Sequence record: NC_054926.1
DNA: 64,000 nt
Direction: 5' to 3' (one strand)
Origin: Escherichia phage vB_EcoM_OE5505
The translations under genes were made by a program, and so were the position numbers. The notes beneath the pieces are model-generated. The model was not told the DNA's origin. It saw only the letters and a program-made list of their open reading frames with translations, and made no database searches. This document shows positions 55,021 to 64,000 of this stretch, in pieces (position 1 is the stretch's first letter; the number at the start of each line of letters is the position of its first letter).

Positions 55021-55293
55021 TTATTTGTTCGTATACATCTCTAAATATCGATATACACTCTCAAAACCCTCGTTGAATTCGTCGATGAGGGTTTTCTTAT
55101 CTTCTTGAGTTAATTCAGAAACAATTTTACGGAATGAATTCTGATTTAACTTTCTACCTTCATGCGTTACTCCAATCTCATTCAGAAATGCAATAAAATT
55201 AGCACGATTTTCAACAATATCTTCTCTGGAAAATTTAATCAAAATAGACGCAACAGTAATAATTTCACGAACTGTATCAATGTTTTTATTCAT
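55021..55293 (-). CDS. asiA: Anti-sigma-70 factor AsiA
   Basis: 90-aa ORF matching T4 AsiA. Confidence 0.9.
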   Translation of the reverse strand: MNKNIDTVREIITVASILIKFSREDIVENRANFIAFLNEIGVTHEGRKLNQNSFRKIVSELTQEDKKTLIDEFNEGFESVYRYLEMYTNK

Positions 55294-55454
55294 TAACTAT
55301 ACCACTCAATTAGTTGACTTTGTTATAATATCATCAGACACTTGATTTGTAAACTGGTCTGTGTTATTTTCTTCAAAAATTTTTTCTACGAATTCCTTGA
55401 ACGACTCACGTTCCTGAGCTACATTGTGCTCGATTACCTTTTCAAGATTATAAC

Positions 55455-55733
55455 TCATTCGAAATAATCTTCAATTTCGTAATCATGCACATAAATCATT
55501 ATAGTTTCTAATACATCATCAATACTTTTTCCTGGAACTGGAATTACGTAAAAATATCCTGCTTTTGAGAGGTCTTTATAAGTTCCAATCAAGAAATCAT
55601 TATTCTCAAGATGCAGTTCTTCAACTAATTCATTAACAATTGAGTGGTATAAATTTGGTAGAAACTTATATAGCTTTTCTAGAATATCAATTTTGATTGT
55701 GTATTGAACCACGGACTGAGAATCAATAATCAT
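55455..55733 (-). CDS. arn: Arn (anti-restriction nuclease, McrBC inhibitor)
   Basis: 92-aa acidic ORF matching T4 Arn in length and sequence as recalled. Confidence 0.8.
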   Translation of the reverse strand: MIIDSQSVVQYTIKIDILEKLYKFLPNLYHSIVNELVEELHLENNDFLIGTYKDLSKAGYFYVIPVPGKSIDDVLETIMIYVHDYEIEDYFE

Positions 55734-55810
55734 AGACCTTCCCCTTATGTTTCTGTTTGCGATTAGATTCTTTAAACGCTTTCTTCTTATCCTTATGGAC
55801 AGAAGCTTTA

Positions 55811-56035
55811 TTAAAATTGTGTTTTGCGACTAAATTGTTCATAGTGCTGAATTACCTCTCTCAAACACTTGCATGTGAATGAAAACTTTTTAGCTACACC
55901 ACATTCAAATATATGTTCTCTTAAATCACGTGTGTCAGTATATCCCATCTCAACAATAAAATGTCTTATTAGATTTTTATCTTTATCATTGAGAGAATTA
56001 AAATAATCGGATTTTGAATTAATTTCCCTGGCCAA
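55811..56035 (-). CDS. Hypothetical 74-aa protein with a Cys cluster
   Basis: ORF; CGVAKKFSFTCKC segment. Confidence 0.45.
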   Translation of the reverse strand: MAREINSKSDYFNSLNDKDKNLIRHFIVEMGYTDTRDLREHIFECGVAKKFSFTCKCLREVIQHYEQFSRKTQF

Positions 56036-56315
56036 ATTGAATCACCTTCAGTTGACGTTTTAGTTCTTTTATCATTTCTTCGTTCATCGCAATATAAAGA
56101 TCGCGTAAAACAGGTTTTAGCATTCCATTTACCGGAGAACTAAATGGGCATACATAATCTTTTCCTACGAGCTTTTTAGTGAATTCCATATCACAAAACT
56201 GAAATGCAGGTTCATTAGCATAAATTCCCCAATTGGTTGACATCATTTTATTGGCATATTCCAATGCTTGGATTTGATTAGTAATTCCATCAATTTGAAA
56301 CTTTTTAATATTCAT
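56019..56315 (-). CDS. Hypothetical 98-aa protein
   Basis: ORF. Confidence 0.45.
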   Translation of the reverse strand: MNIKKFQIDGITNQIQALEYANKMMSTNWGIYANEPAFQFCDMEFTKKLVGKDYVCPFSSPVNGMLKPVLRDLYIAMNEEMIKELKRQLKVIQFGQGN

Positions 56316-56782
56316 TAGTAAAGGTCCTCGGAGTAAAGTTCTTTTTCACTACCACCACGTTCAATACGCACTTGTCCAGCGTAAGTTGCAATAATCATTG
56401 CTTCTTCACGTGTCCAGTAATTGCTATACTGGTCAATAAATCCTTGGTCTTCACCACAAACATGGTCTGATACAAGTTTATCACTTACCTGGTCAAGAAC
56501 TTCAGCCATATCTTTAGAATAATGACGAGCACCAGGAATAACCAGAGTCCCACCATCTTTTAACTTAAAGCGGTTGGCTGCACACACAATTCGACGTTGA
56601 TATTTTTCATTATTGTTCCAATGAGCTACTTGCCAACAGATTTCAGGAACCTCTTCTAAAACATCCTCTTCCGTATATTCGGTGTAGTCGCCATAGGCCT
56701 GTAATTTAGCTGCTAGACTTTCTGGAGTTTCACGTAATAAAGCCAGGTCTAATAATTCAAGACGCTCTTTGAAGGTTTTCAT
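56315..56782 (-). CDS. Hypothetical 155-aa protein
   Basis: ORF. Confidence 0.5.
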   Translation of the reverse strand: MKTFKERLELLDLALLRETPESLAAKLQAYGDYTEYTEEDVLEEVPEICWQVAHWNNNEKYQRRIVCAANRFKLKDGGTLVIPGARHYSKDMAEVLDQVSDKLVSDHVCGEDQGFIDQYSNYWTREEAMIIATYAGQVRIERGGSEKELYSEDLY

Positions 56783-56930
56783 TTGGTTTCCTCAACACTT
56801 TTAATTTTTATAGCTTGTTTAGAACTTTCAAAGCATTGACAATATACTCTTACCGCATCAAACTGGTTGGCCGCTTTAAGATGGACTACACCTTCGTCGT
56901 TATAAAATTCTACGACAATTTTAAATGTTT

Positions 56931-57260
56931 TCATTTAAACCATCCTTTAATACGTTGCCATAAAGTTTTCTGTTGAGCTTTGTTAACACCAATTGAACGA
57001 ATAACTGGTTGAGATTCCTGAAATTCTTTATAATCAGCAAGGTAAATTTCGTAAGCTGCATCCGTAAATGAACTTATCGCTGCCATAAAATTATTGCGAA
57101 TACCTACTGGAGCATCTTTACTTTCACGAATAATCATGTATTTACCAGTCTTAATCTTTACGATAGTTCCAAGATAAGCTCCATGGTACCAGATGTCCCA
57201 ACCCTCTTGAGTAGGTTCTACACAACGACGAAGTTCATTGACAATTTCTAACTTGTTCAT
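56931..57260 (-). CDS. Hypothetical 109-aa protein
   Basis: ORF. Confidence 0.5.
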   Translation of the reverse strand: MNKLEIVNELRRCVEPTQEGWDIWYHGAYLGTIVKIKTGKYMIIRESKDAPVGIRNNFMAAISSFTDAAYEIYLADYKEFQESQPVIRSIGVNKAQQKTLWQRIKGWFK

Positions 57261-57270
57261 TATTTATTCC

Positions 57271-57906
57271 TCACAGTTCAGATGCTACAGTGATTACAGC
57301 TTCAATGTTTTCTGCCGAGCGTTTAATGTCAAGATACACATTACCGTTTTTAGCGATTTTACATGACATTCCGATATCAGTAAATTTCTGAATATGATGT
57401 TCCATCATTTTGTATCCAAAAATTCGCATATTTCCATTATTGTTAATTTCAAAATTACGAATTCCGTGAGCGCGTTTTTCTAAAATGGCAAGATAATTAC
57501 TACGATAAGTTTCAACCTTTTTAAGAACAAATCCATTTTCATCTAAAAGTTTTAACATGAGGTCTTTATCTTCTTCCATATCAGAAGTAATCTCACGAGC
57601 TTTACGAGTTGCTCGTTTTTTCAGTAGTTCAGGAGCATTTTCCTGTGCATATAAAGTTGCCGCATTTGAAATAATATCCTGAGCTTCACCAGTAATGATT
57701 AATCCATCACCAGATTTCTCCACCAGGCCTTTTTTAATCAATACCCCAATATTACTATTAACTACTGCGTTACCTAAATCTGGATGCACCTCACGAACTT
57801 CTGCGGCTGTAATGAAATCTTTCTTAGCAATGGTAATTAAAATCGCAGCAGTTTTTTCATTCAGAACATCGTTAGAAGCTTTGATGATGTAAGTTACTTT
57901 AGACAT
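57271..57906 (-). CDS. motA: MotA middle-transcription activator
   Basis: 211-aa ORF matching T4 MotA. Confidence 0.9.
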   Translation of the reverse strand: MSKVTYIIKASNDVLNEKTAAILITIAKKDFITAAEVREVHPDLGNAVVNSNIGVLIKKGLVEKSGDGLIITGEAQDIISNAATLYAQENAPELLKKRATRKAREITSDMEEDKDLMLKLLDENGFVLKKVETYRSNYLAILEKRAHGIRNFEINNNGNMRIFGYKMMEHHIQKFTDIGMSCKIAKNGNVYLDIKRSAENIEAVITVASEL

Positions 57907-57943
57907 TTTAATCTCCGTTTCAGTTCATTTATTTGATAGGTCT

Positions 57944-57972
57944 ATAGTATCATGTTTAAAGCAGAAGTAAAC
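57944..57972 (-). promoter_or_regulatory. T4 early-type promoter for motA
   Basis: GTTTAC, 17 bp, TACTAT on the - strand. Confidence 0.45.
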
Positions 57973-58011
57973 ACTTTTTTGCACTCTTTTTCAAGAGCTC
58001 TAATAAAGTAC

Positions 58012-58239
58012 TTACTTAATGTTCAGATTACGAACTTCGATTTCGTCTTCATGGGCAAAATCAAACTGTTTGAATTCTGTGCCACCTTTAAATTTAAAAA
58101 TCATTGTGAAGAAAGTCAGAACACCAGGTTTTTCTTCACGAACTCCACAGATATCATATTCAATACCATCTACAACCAGTTTGTTAGCAGTCAGAGCATT
58201 TTTAGCTTTAACGATTTCGTTTTCGATTTTAAATTTCAT
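58012..58239 (-). CDS. Hypothetical 75-aa protein
   Basis: ORF with upstream early-type promoter. Confidence 0.5.
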   Translation of the reverse strand: MKFKIENEIVKAKNALTANKLVVDGIEYDICGVREEKPGVLTFFTMIFKFKGGTEFKQFDFAHEDEIEVRNLNIK

Positions 58240-58287
58240 TTTTGTATCTCCGGGTTGTTTGTTTCAGTTCATTTATTTGATAGTTGT

Positions 58288-58317
58288 ATAGTACCATAAA
58301 GCTTTATGCTTGTAAAC
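58288..58317 (-). promoter_or_regulatory. T4 early-type promoter
   Basis: GTTTAC, 18 bp, TGGTACTATAC. Confidence 0.45.
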
Positions 58318-58334
58318 CGTTTTGTGAAAAAAAT

Positions 58335-58369
58335 TTTAAAATAAAAAAGGGAGAGCCGAGGCTCTCCCT
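58335..58369 (-). terminator. Terminator downstream of the gene 52 operon
   Basis: GGGAGAGCC-GAG-GCTCTCCC hairpin followed by a T-run on the - strand. Confidence 0.55.
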
Positions 58370-58373
58370 AAAA

Positions 58374-58523
58374 TTACTGCATGACTGTGATAACTGTCAT
58401 GATAACACGTTGAATTCCGAACGCAAGAAGACCTCCTGCTACGGCAGGAACAACACCTAAACCCGCCAGTAAAATGCCACCAGATACTAATGCAGCGCTT
58501 GTGATACCAATGAATGGACTCAT
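58374..58523 (-). CDS. 49-aa hydrophobic peptide, not in the ORF track
   Basis: Manual translation MSPFIGITSAALVSGGILLAGLGVVPAVAGG…; start overlaps the gene 52 stop (ATGA). Confidence 0.45.
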   Translation of the reverse strand: MSPFIGITSAALVSGGILLAGLGVVPAVAGGLLAFGIQRVIMTVITVMQ

Positions 58524-59848
58524 TTGATTTCCTCTAAATCTTTGGTGTATTCTGTAACTACATCAGTAGTTTTCCAATATTCGTTTTCTTCTTTTTTGGC
58601 TTTAGCTTCTTCAGCAAGTTTCTTTGCTTCGTCGGAAGTCATATGAAAAATATTCATTCCAACTAGTTTATCAACATAAGAAGAATACATATCAATTTTA
58701 GAAAGTTCTTCGGTCAGTTCTTTGCGAGTTTTACCCTGCACAACAATTTCATCTGAAATTACTTTCTTAATGAAATGCGCCTTGGCAAAGGCTAAACGAA
58801 ATGCTGATTCAGTTTCTTTGATTTTGTTATCAATTCGTTTTTGGACATAAGTTTTACGAACTTCAACGAAGTCTTTGATTAAATCAACTACGTTATCGTA
58901 AACTTGTAGTTTTCCTTTCTCATTAATAACGGTAATATTCTGGGAACGACGCTCAATCAACCCGAAGTCTTTCATAATTTTTGCATGGCGTTCTTCTTCG
59001 TTATCGCTTAAGGAATATTCTTTACGGAATTTAACTTTAAAGCCAAACCCGTGCTCACCACAAGCATCATCCCACATAATGAAGCCTTTATCTTCAAGCG
59101 GGTCTAAGATTTTACTCACATAAGTTTCACGATCATACTTATACGGAATCTCAGTGATATTCATTTGAGTTCGTGAAGTAAACTTGTACGTTCCACGAAT
59201 TTCATATTGACCGTCAATTTCAACGACTTCACCGCGAAATTCTGGAAATTCTACCTTCGGTTTAGTTACTTTCTTTCCTTGAAGAGCTTGCAGTACAGCT
59301 TTCTTAACAGAAGAAACACTATGAGGAAGAATGTAAGTTGCATAACCAGTTGCAATACCGGAAACGCCATTAAGAAGAACAGTAGGAATAACAGGCAAAT
59401 AGAAAGCAGGCGGAATGTGTTCTTTATCTTGATGTACTGGAGCATATTCAGTATCTTTATATACGTTATAGAAATTTTTACTTACACGAGCAAAAATATA
59501 ACGACTTGCTGCTGCCTTTTGGACAGTACGAGAACCAAAGTTTCCTTGACCGTCTAACAGAGGAAAGTTATTATTCCAAGTGTTAGCCATCAAAGCACCT
59601 GCGTCTTGCGCAGAGTTTTCACCATGATGATATCCAAGGTCCGCTACACCGCCTGCGATAGAAGCGAGTTTGTGAAACTTATCTTTATTTCCTCGTGCCA
59701 AATCAAGAGCTCGAGCAATAACAAATCGTTGAACTGGCTTAAATCCGTCAATCATATTTGGAATGGCACGATTTTCAACCGTGTACATAGCATAAGCCAA
59801 TGCTTCATTATCAATGATACTTTTTAAATCACGATTATTCAGTTGCAT
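58520..59848 (-). CDS. 52: DNA topoisomerase II medium subunit gp52
   Basis: 442-aa ORF matching T4 gp52 (GyrA-like N-terminal region). Confidence 0.9.
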   Translation of the reverse strand: MQLNNRDLKSIIDNEALAYAMYTVENRAIPNMIDGFKPVQRFVIARALDLARGNKDKFHKLASIAGGVADLGYHHGENSAQDAGALMANTWNNNFPLLDGQGNFGSRTVQKAAASRYIFARVSKNFYNVYKDTEYAPVHQDKEHIPPAFYLPVIPTVLLNGVSGIATGYATYILPHSVSSVKKAVLQALQGKKVTKPKVEFPEFRGEVVEIDGQYEIRGTYKFTSRTQMNITEIPYKYDRETYVSKILDPLEDKGFIMWDDACGEHGFGFKVKFRKEYSLSDNEEERHAKIMKDFGLIERRSQNITVINEKGKLQVYDNVVDLIKDFVEVRKTYVQKRIDNKIKETESAFRLAFAKAHFIKKVISDEIVVQGKTRKELTEELSKIDMYSSYVDKLVGMNIFHMTSDEAKKLAEEAKAKKEENEYWKTTDVVTEYTKDLEEIK

Positions 59849-59852
59849 AAAT

Positions 59853-59993
59853 TTACCATACTAGTGAATGTAGTGCCATAATAACATCAGAAATGAAAAG
59901 CACGACTTGAATTAATCCGAACATTATTCCGTAATATAATGCTATCAATAAAATAGCAAGGGCTAATGAATAGCCCAAGATTTTCTTAATCAT
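59853..59993 (-). CDS. 46-aa hydrophobic peptide, not in the ORF track
   Basis: Manual translation MIKKILGYSLALAILLIALYYGIMFGLIQVVLF…. Confidence 0.4.
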   Translation of the reverse strand: MIKKILGYSLALAILLIALYYGIMFGLIQVVLFISDVIMALHSLVW

Positions 59994-60144
59994 TAGTAGA
60001 TAACAACACAAATGTTAAATATGCACACATACCCTGAGCTAAAGCTTGCGAAAACACACTGCTGGCATCAATACAGATAGTTAAAACACATGCTACTATC
60101 CAACAAATAAATGAAATAACTCCTAATAATTTTGCGATATTCAT
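59986..60144 (-). CDS. 52-aa membrane peptide (possible ac homolog)
   Basis: Manual translation MNIAKLLGVISFICWIVACVLTICID…; sits between gene 52 and stp. Confidence 0.4.
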   Translation of the reverse strand: MNIAKLLGVISFICWIVACVLTICIDASSVFSQALAQGMCAYLTFVLLSTND

Positions 60145-60151
60145 ATTTTCC

Positions 60152-60232
60152 TCACTGGCGTCCGAAGACGCCTTTAGTTTTAAGATTATTACGATAGAAC
60201 TGCATCACATGTTCGTTATGGAAATTACTCAT
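60152..60232 (-). CDS. stp: Stp peptide (activator of the host PrrC anticodon nuclease)
   Basis: Manual translation gives exactly [26 protein letters not shown]; start overlaps the ndd stop. Confidence 0.8.
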
Positions 60233-60690
60233 TAATATGCCTGCAAAACAAATTTAAAGTTATCAGCCAACATACGGTTCATTTCTTCAAGTGTTTGATA
60301 CTCAGAATGATGATTACGAGTAAACGCTAAAGCTAACTGTCCTTTTCCAAATCCCGTCGTCAGAGGTTTCATCTTAGAAGCAGGCAGATAAAATACTGTG
60401 TATACCATATTGTTATTTGCAATAGTACGTGCAAGCTGAGACCGACGTTGACGAATATGACTTAGAACTGCACTGAATCCTTGCTTAGAACGCTGATTAC
60501 CTACATAAAATCGTGCAGACACACATGGATTACTAAATGGACGACCATCTAATTTACTTACTAAAAAATAAAATCCAGGTTTAGATAAAATATCTTTATG
60601 CGGAGTTCCCAAAAACCACTCACCACCCTTGATTGTACCAATAACAGTAGCGCCTGCATTATTCAGATCAGTAACAGTCATGTATTTCAT
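60232..60690 (-). CDS. ndd: Ndd nucleoid disruption protein
   Basis: Matches T4 Ndd from [18 protein letters not shown]; ATG at 60690 follows GAGGAAAT; the track start at 60744 is an upstream in-frame ATG. Confidence 0.85.
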
Positions 60691-60748
60691 ATTAATTTCC
60701 TCTAAATTATTTTCTACTCCAAGGCCACATGAATACGCGGCCATTAAA

Positions 60749-60964
60749 TTAATCGTCGCAGTCGACGCTCAATTCCCAAAACTCTTCTACTGTATAAGTT
60801 TCAGTATCATTTTCAATACAGAAACGTTCATTACTATTATTTGCTAAAGTAGCATTAACTGTCGGTTTCTCGCTAGTGCTCTTAAGAGGTGAAATACGAA
60901 TTAACTGATCACCGTTATCTAAACAGAAAATTTCACCAACTTTTACATCTTTAAAACTTTTCAT
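60749..60964 (-). CDS. Hypothetical 71-aa protein (ndd.1 position)
   Basis: ORF. Confidence 0.45.
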
Positions 60965-61284
60965 AATTCACCTCAAGGAGTATAAAATCCAAATGCAGTT
61001 GTTGACCATCCCATCCAATATGGGAAATTTGCACCAATGTAAAACATGAGAATATAAAACCAACCACTCAGCAAATTCATCATTTTACACCATTCCAAAT
61101 TGTTTCAACCACAGATTTTAAACCATTTTGATGAATATCCATTCCGACTACCGCCATCAAATAGATTCCAACTACAACTGAACCTAAGGCAAAAATCAGC
61201 ATGAAAATGAATAAAGCCGGAAAAATATTATCGAAAAACCATTCAATAAATGTAAAAGCACTGCGTTTACGCTTCATATTTTCC

Positions 61285-61398
61285 TCACATAAATCCAAAG
61301 TAAGCGTTTAATACATCAATCATTAAAACGATTAGGAATATACTCAAAACTACTAGTATTATAACTACATTCCATATAGCTTTAACAATCTTTTTCAT
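61285..61398 (-). CDS. 37-aa hydrophobic peptide
   Basis: MKKIVKAIWNVVIILVVLSIFLIVLM…; ATG at 61398 follows GGAGGAACAGAAA and an early-type promoter (61427-61456). Confidence 0.4.
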   Translation of the reverse strand: MKKIVKAIWNVVIILVVLSIFLIVLMIDVLNAYFGFM

Positions 61399-61641
61399 TT
61401 TCTGTTCCTCCGTAGTTGATAGGGTAATAGTACCACAGAGGAACAGTCTTGTAAACAACTTTTTTAAAAATATTCGTAATAAATGTGAATACCAACTACT
61501 ACCGCTGAAACCTGTGCAACCCACCACGCACAAGCAATAAGTACAGAATTCAAAATTTTCATAATAACCTCATCACAAAAGTAAATGTTAAACAAATTAC
61601 TGGAATACTAATTAACCAAACAAAACACCACCATAATGAAC

Positions 61642-61905
61642 TCATAGTTCAATCTCAGCGATTTCCAAGTGTTTTTGTTTTATTGCCTTTTTAACACAAT
61701 CATGGACTAAATATGACCATGAATCATTATATTCTCCATTAACTAATCGTTGGAGATCTTCGCGTGATGATAAGTAAGGTTGATCTGATTCCCATTTTGA
61801 TAAAAATACTGCAGTAAAAATATCTCCTTCATCTGTAGTTGAAGTCGTAAATGCAATAAATTCACCGGTAATTTTATGTTTAACGTAAAAGAACTTAAAT
61901 TTCAT
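61642..61905 (-). CDS. Hypothetical 87-aa protein
   Basis: ORF with GGAGGAACAGAAA ribosome-binding site and an early-type promoter (61936-61965). Confidence 0.5.
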   Translation of the reverse strand: MKFKFFYVKHKITGEFIAFTTSTTDEGDIFTAVFLSKWESDQPYLSSREDLQRLVNGEYNDSWSYLVHDCVKKAIKQKHLEIAEIEL

Positions 61906-61980
61906 TTTCTGTTCCTCCGTAGTTGATAGTTGTATAGTACCACGGTCCTTGTGGTATGTAAACGGTTTTGTGAAAATTTT

Positions 61981-62538
61981 TTAAATGGAAAGATACCATC
62001 CATTGTAGTTGCTTTTTCTTACAACCTTACGAAGGTCTTCTCTGTCACCGATGAACTTCGGAGTGTACTGGATAACACCTGGATGAATTTCTTTAGTGTT
62101 GAATATAATTATACAGTCAGCGACTTGATGATTTAGAATGGGCCCTAGATTTATTCCAGAACCGTATGGATACTCTCCGCTGCATCCTGTTGTTACAGAA
62201 ATCCAACGTGAGCCAGTTTGATGTGTCTTAACTTCTACACGAAGCCCACAGTATTTTGGATGTGCTAAAACATCCCACGCGTATGTATATGGATCATCGA
62301 CATCTTCTTGACCTTTATTAACATACCCGCTTAGCCAATCTGCTACAAAAAACTCTGCGTATACAGCAATACGACATCTTTCAATAACTTCTGCTTTATC
62401 CTGGTTCGGGTTTTGTTTTAAAGAGTATCTTGCAGTATCAGCAATTTTGACCTTCATTTCACTAGTCAAGTCACTGTTCGATAGGGTAAATGTCGGAATC
62501 TGAAATAGTCTCTGTAAACCCGGATTCGTTTTCTGCAT
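61981..62538 (-). CDS. denB: Endonuclease IV
   Basis: 185-aa ORF matching T4 DenB. Confidence 0.85.
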   Translation of the reverse strand: MQKTNPGLQRLFQIPTFTLSNSDLTSEMKVKIADTARYSLKQNPNQDKAEVIERCRIAVYAEFFVADWLSGYVNKGQEDVDDPYTYAWDVLAHPKYCGLRVEVKTHQTGSRWISVTTGCSGEYPYGSGINLGPILNHQVADCIIIFNTKEIHPGVIQYTPKFIGDREDLRKVVRKSNYNGWYLSI

Positions 62539-62800
62539 TTAGACTTTCCTTTTTACCACTGAGATAAGCGTTATATACTTTAAGAGTGCCGTAATAAATT
62601 CGGTCATTTTCATCTAAAGACTCGCGGTCAAGTTCATCGAGCTCCTTTTTATCCATGACTATAACATCATTACAGTAAAGAAACCCAAGTTTTTCGTGAC
62701 CAAACTCAAATTTATTACAGTACACAATATTAGCGTGATGATTTCCGTGCAGTTTAATCTCTTTTATGTCGGAATCACCGATATTCATACAATAAATCAT
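62471..62800 (-). CDS. Hypothetical protein upstream of denB
   Basis: 109-aa ORF overlapping the denB start; the true start may be internal. Confidence 0.4.
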   Translation of the reverse strand: MIYCMNIGDSDIKEIKLHGNHHANIVYCNKFEFGHEKLGFLYCNDVIVMDKKELDELDRESLDENDRIYYGTLKVYNAYLSGKKESLNAENESGFTETISDSDIYPIEQ

Positions 62801-62818
62801 AATTTTTCCTTAAAACAA

Positions 62819-62834
62819 AAGGGCCGAAGCCCTT
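62819..62834 (-). terminator. Tetraloop hairpin
   Basis: AAGGGCC-GAAG-CCCTT with a flanking T-run on the - strand. Confidence 0.4.
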
Positions 62835-62838
62835 TATT

Positions 62839-63033
62839 TTACTTGAATTGTGCAATTCTTTTCTCTAGACATTCAGCATAAGATTTCATTGAGATGAACT
62901 GCGAAAGTAGCAGTTCTTGCTCAACTACACTAACTGTTAGAAACTTTGCGCTTTCTAAAAATTTACTCAGTGCATTAATTTTGAGCATTAATTGATCGTA
63001 TTCTTCTTTTACTCGTGCTTGATAACCTAACAT
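62839..63033 (-). CDS. Hypothetical 64-aa protein downstream of rIIB
   Basis: ORF. Confidence 0.45.
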   Translation of the reverse strand: MLGYQARVKEEYDQLMLKINALSKFLESAKFLTVSVVEQELLLSQFISMKSYAECLEKRIAQFK

Positions 63034-63061
63034 AATTTTCCTTAGTTAAGGGCCGAAGCCC

Positions 63062-64000
63062 TTATTTAAATTGTTCAGTAACGTCTTCAACTACTTCGTA
63101 TTGGCAGGTACGCATTTTAGCGTCGTTGTAATCAATCGGAATTGATACCACATCGCGAGGATGCACTTTAACTTTTACGACTCGGCTGGTTGAACTGCCA
63201 AAGTGACGAATATAAGATTTAGAACACACATGCAGACCGCGAGAACAAGTTTGTGTATCATCGTCATTCACACGAGTACGTGGCATTTTAACTACTTTAC
63301 CAGGGCTGTTATCAAAAGTATTTGAATGACAGTCAAAGTAATTGCTGCGAACTACTTTCCAAGCATAGAAGTAACCGTCTTCTGTAATTTCAATATCGTT
63401 TGCTACCAAGAAATCAAAGAGTCGAGATACCGCTTTTTGGCTTGGGTTTTCCAACAGATTTTCCAAGAACGGAAAATAGAATTCAAAGTTTTCGCCTTTT
63501 TCCATCGAGTCAAGAATACGATCAACCAAACCAGACCGCAATTCAATATTTTGATAGAACAAGCTTCCACCTTCAATTCGAACATCGCCGGAAATATATT
63601 TTTCAACAGCGCGACGAACATTAATTTTTTGTGCCGCTTCTTCCAACTTATCCGCTACAAGCAGATTAAGAATTTCCTGGAAGTTTGAATGAGTATTAGG
63701 AGTTGCGTTATAAGTTACACCGTCAACAGTAATTGAAATGAATTTTTTAGATGCATTCCAAATAATGTCAGATTTAGCAACTGGAGCAATAACTGCATCG
63801 CTATTAACTTTAACTGTAATATCACCACTAATAGTAACTTTAGAGCGTTTAGCTTCTTCAGCATTTTTCAAAACACGACGGATTGTGTCAACCGATACAC
63901 CTTGCCAATCAGCCAATTCCTGTTGGGTGTAATTACCACTTGAATACAGCTTAACAATTTCAGCTTGTTCGTTTTTGGTCAGGCATTTAATATTGTACAT
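63062..64000 (-). CDS. rIIB: rIIB membrane-associated protein
   Basis: 312-aa ORF, same length as T4 rIIB; its ATG is the last three bases of the window. Confidence 0.85.
   Translation of the reverse strand: MYNIKCLTKNEQAEIVKLYSSGNYTQQELADWQGVSVDTIRRVLKNAEEAKRSKVTISGDITVKVNSDAVIAPVAKSDIIWNASKKFISITVDGVTYNATPNTHSNFQEILNLLVADKLEEAAQKINVRRAVEKYISGDVRIEGGSLFYQNIELRSGLVDRILDSMEKGENFEFYFPFLENLLENPSQKAVSRLFDFLVANDIEITEDGYFYAWKVVRSNYFDCHSNTFDNSPGKVVKMPRTRVNDDDTQTCSRGLHVCSKSYIRHFGSSTSRVVKVKVHPRDVVSIPIDYNDAKMRTCQYEVVEDVTEQFK

Noticed and set aside
63326-63932. ORFs overlapping rIIB on both strands
   Set aside because: Contained within rIIB, which matches T4 rIIB in length and sequence.

Overview
This window reads as a contiguous 64-kb block of a T-even (T4-like, Tequatrovirus-type) lytic coliphage genome in the standard T4 map orientation. 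Identification rests on near-identity of many translated ORFs to T4 proteins as I recall them; no database search was possible. The block runs from the 3' part of major capsid gene 23 through 24, rnlB, hoc, inh, uvsW, uvsY, the baseplate genes, alt, DNA ligase 30, rIII, 31, cd, pseT, alc, rnlA, denA, nrdB, nrdA, td, frd, 32, 59, 33, dsbA, rnh, tail-fibre genes 34-38, holin t, asiA, arn, motA, 52, stp, ndd and denB, ending exactly on the rIIB start codon. Late genes lie on the + strand behind TATAAATA late promoters, and early genes lie on the - strand behind repeated early-type promoters (-35 GTTTAC, 17-18 bp spacer, -10 TAnTAT). GC-rich tetraloop hairpins mark most operon boundaries. I found no tRNA, rRNA, CRISPR array, integrase or transposase. 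I do not see a clearly novel multi-gene system; the content is canonical T-even. What stands out are departures from the T4 reference as I remember it: hoc is interrupted by one in-frame TAA; there are two tandem full-length alt genes, both with intact catalytic motifs; td and nrdB are intronless; an extra ORF sits between frd and td and another between 32 and 59; and the distal tail fibre is the T2 type (gp38 adhesin with glycine-rich motifs, gp37 with a C-terminal chaperone-like domain). ORF-track coordinates include the stop codon; several track starts are TTG/GTG or upstream in-frame ATG and were moved to the ATG with a ribosome-binding site.
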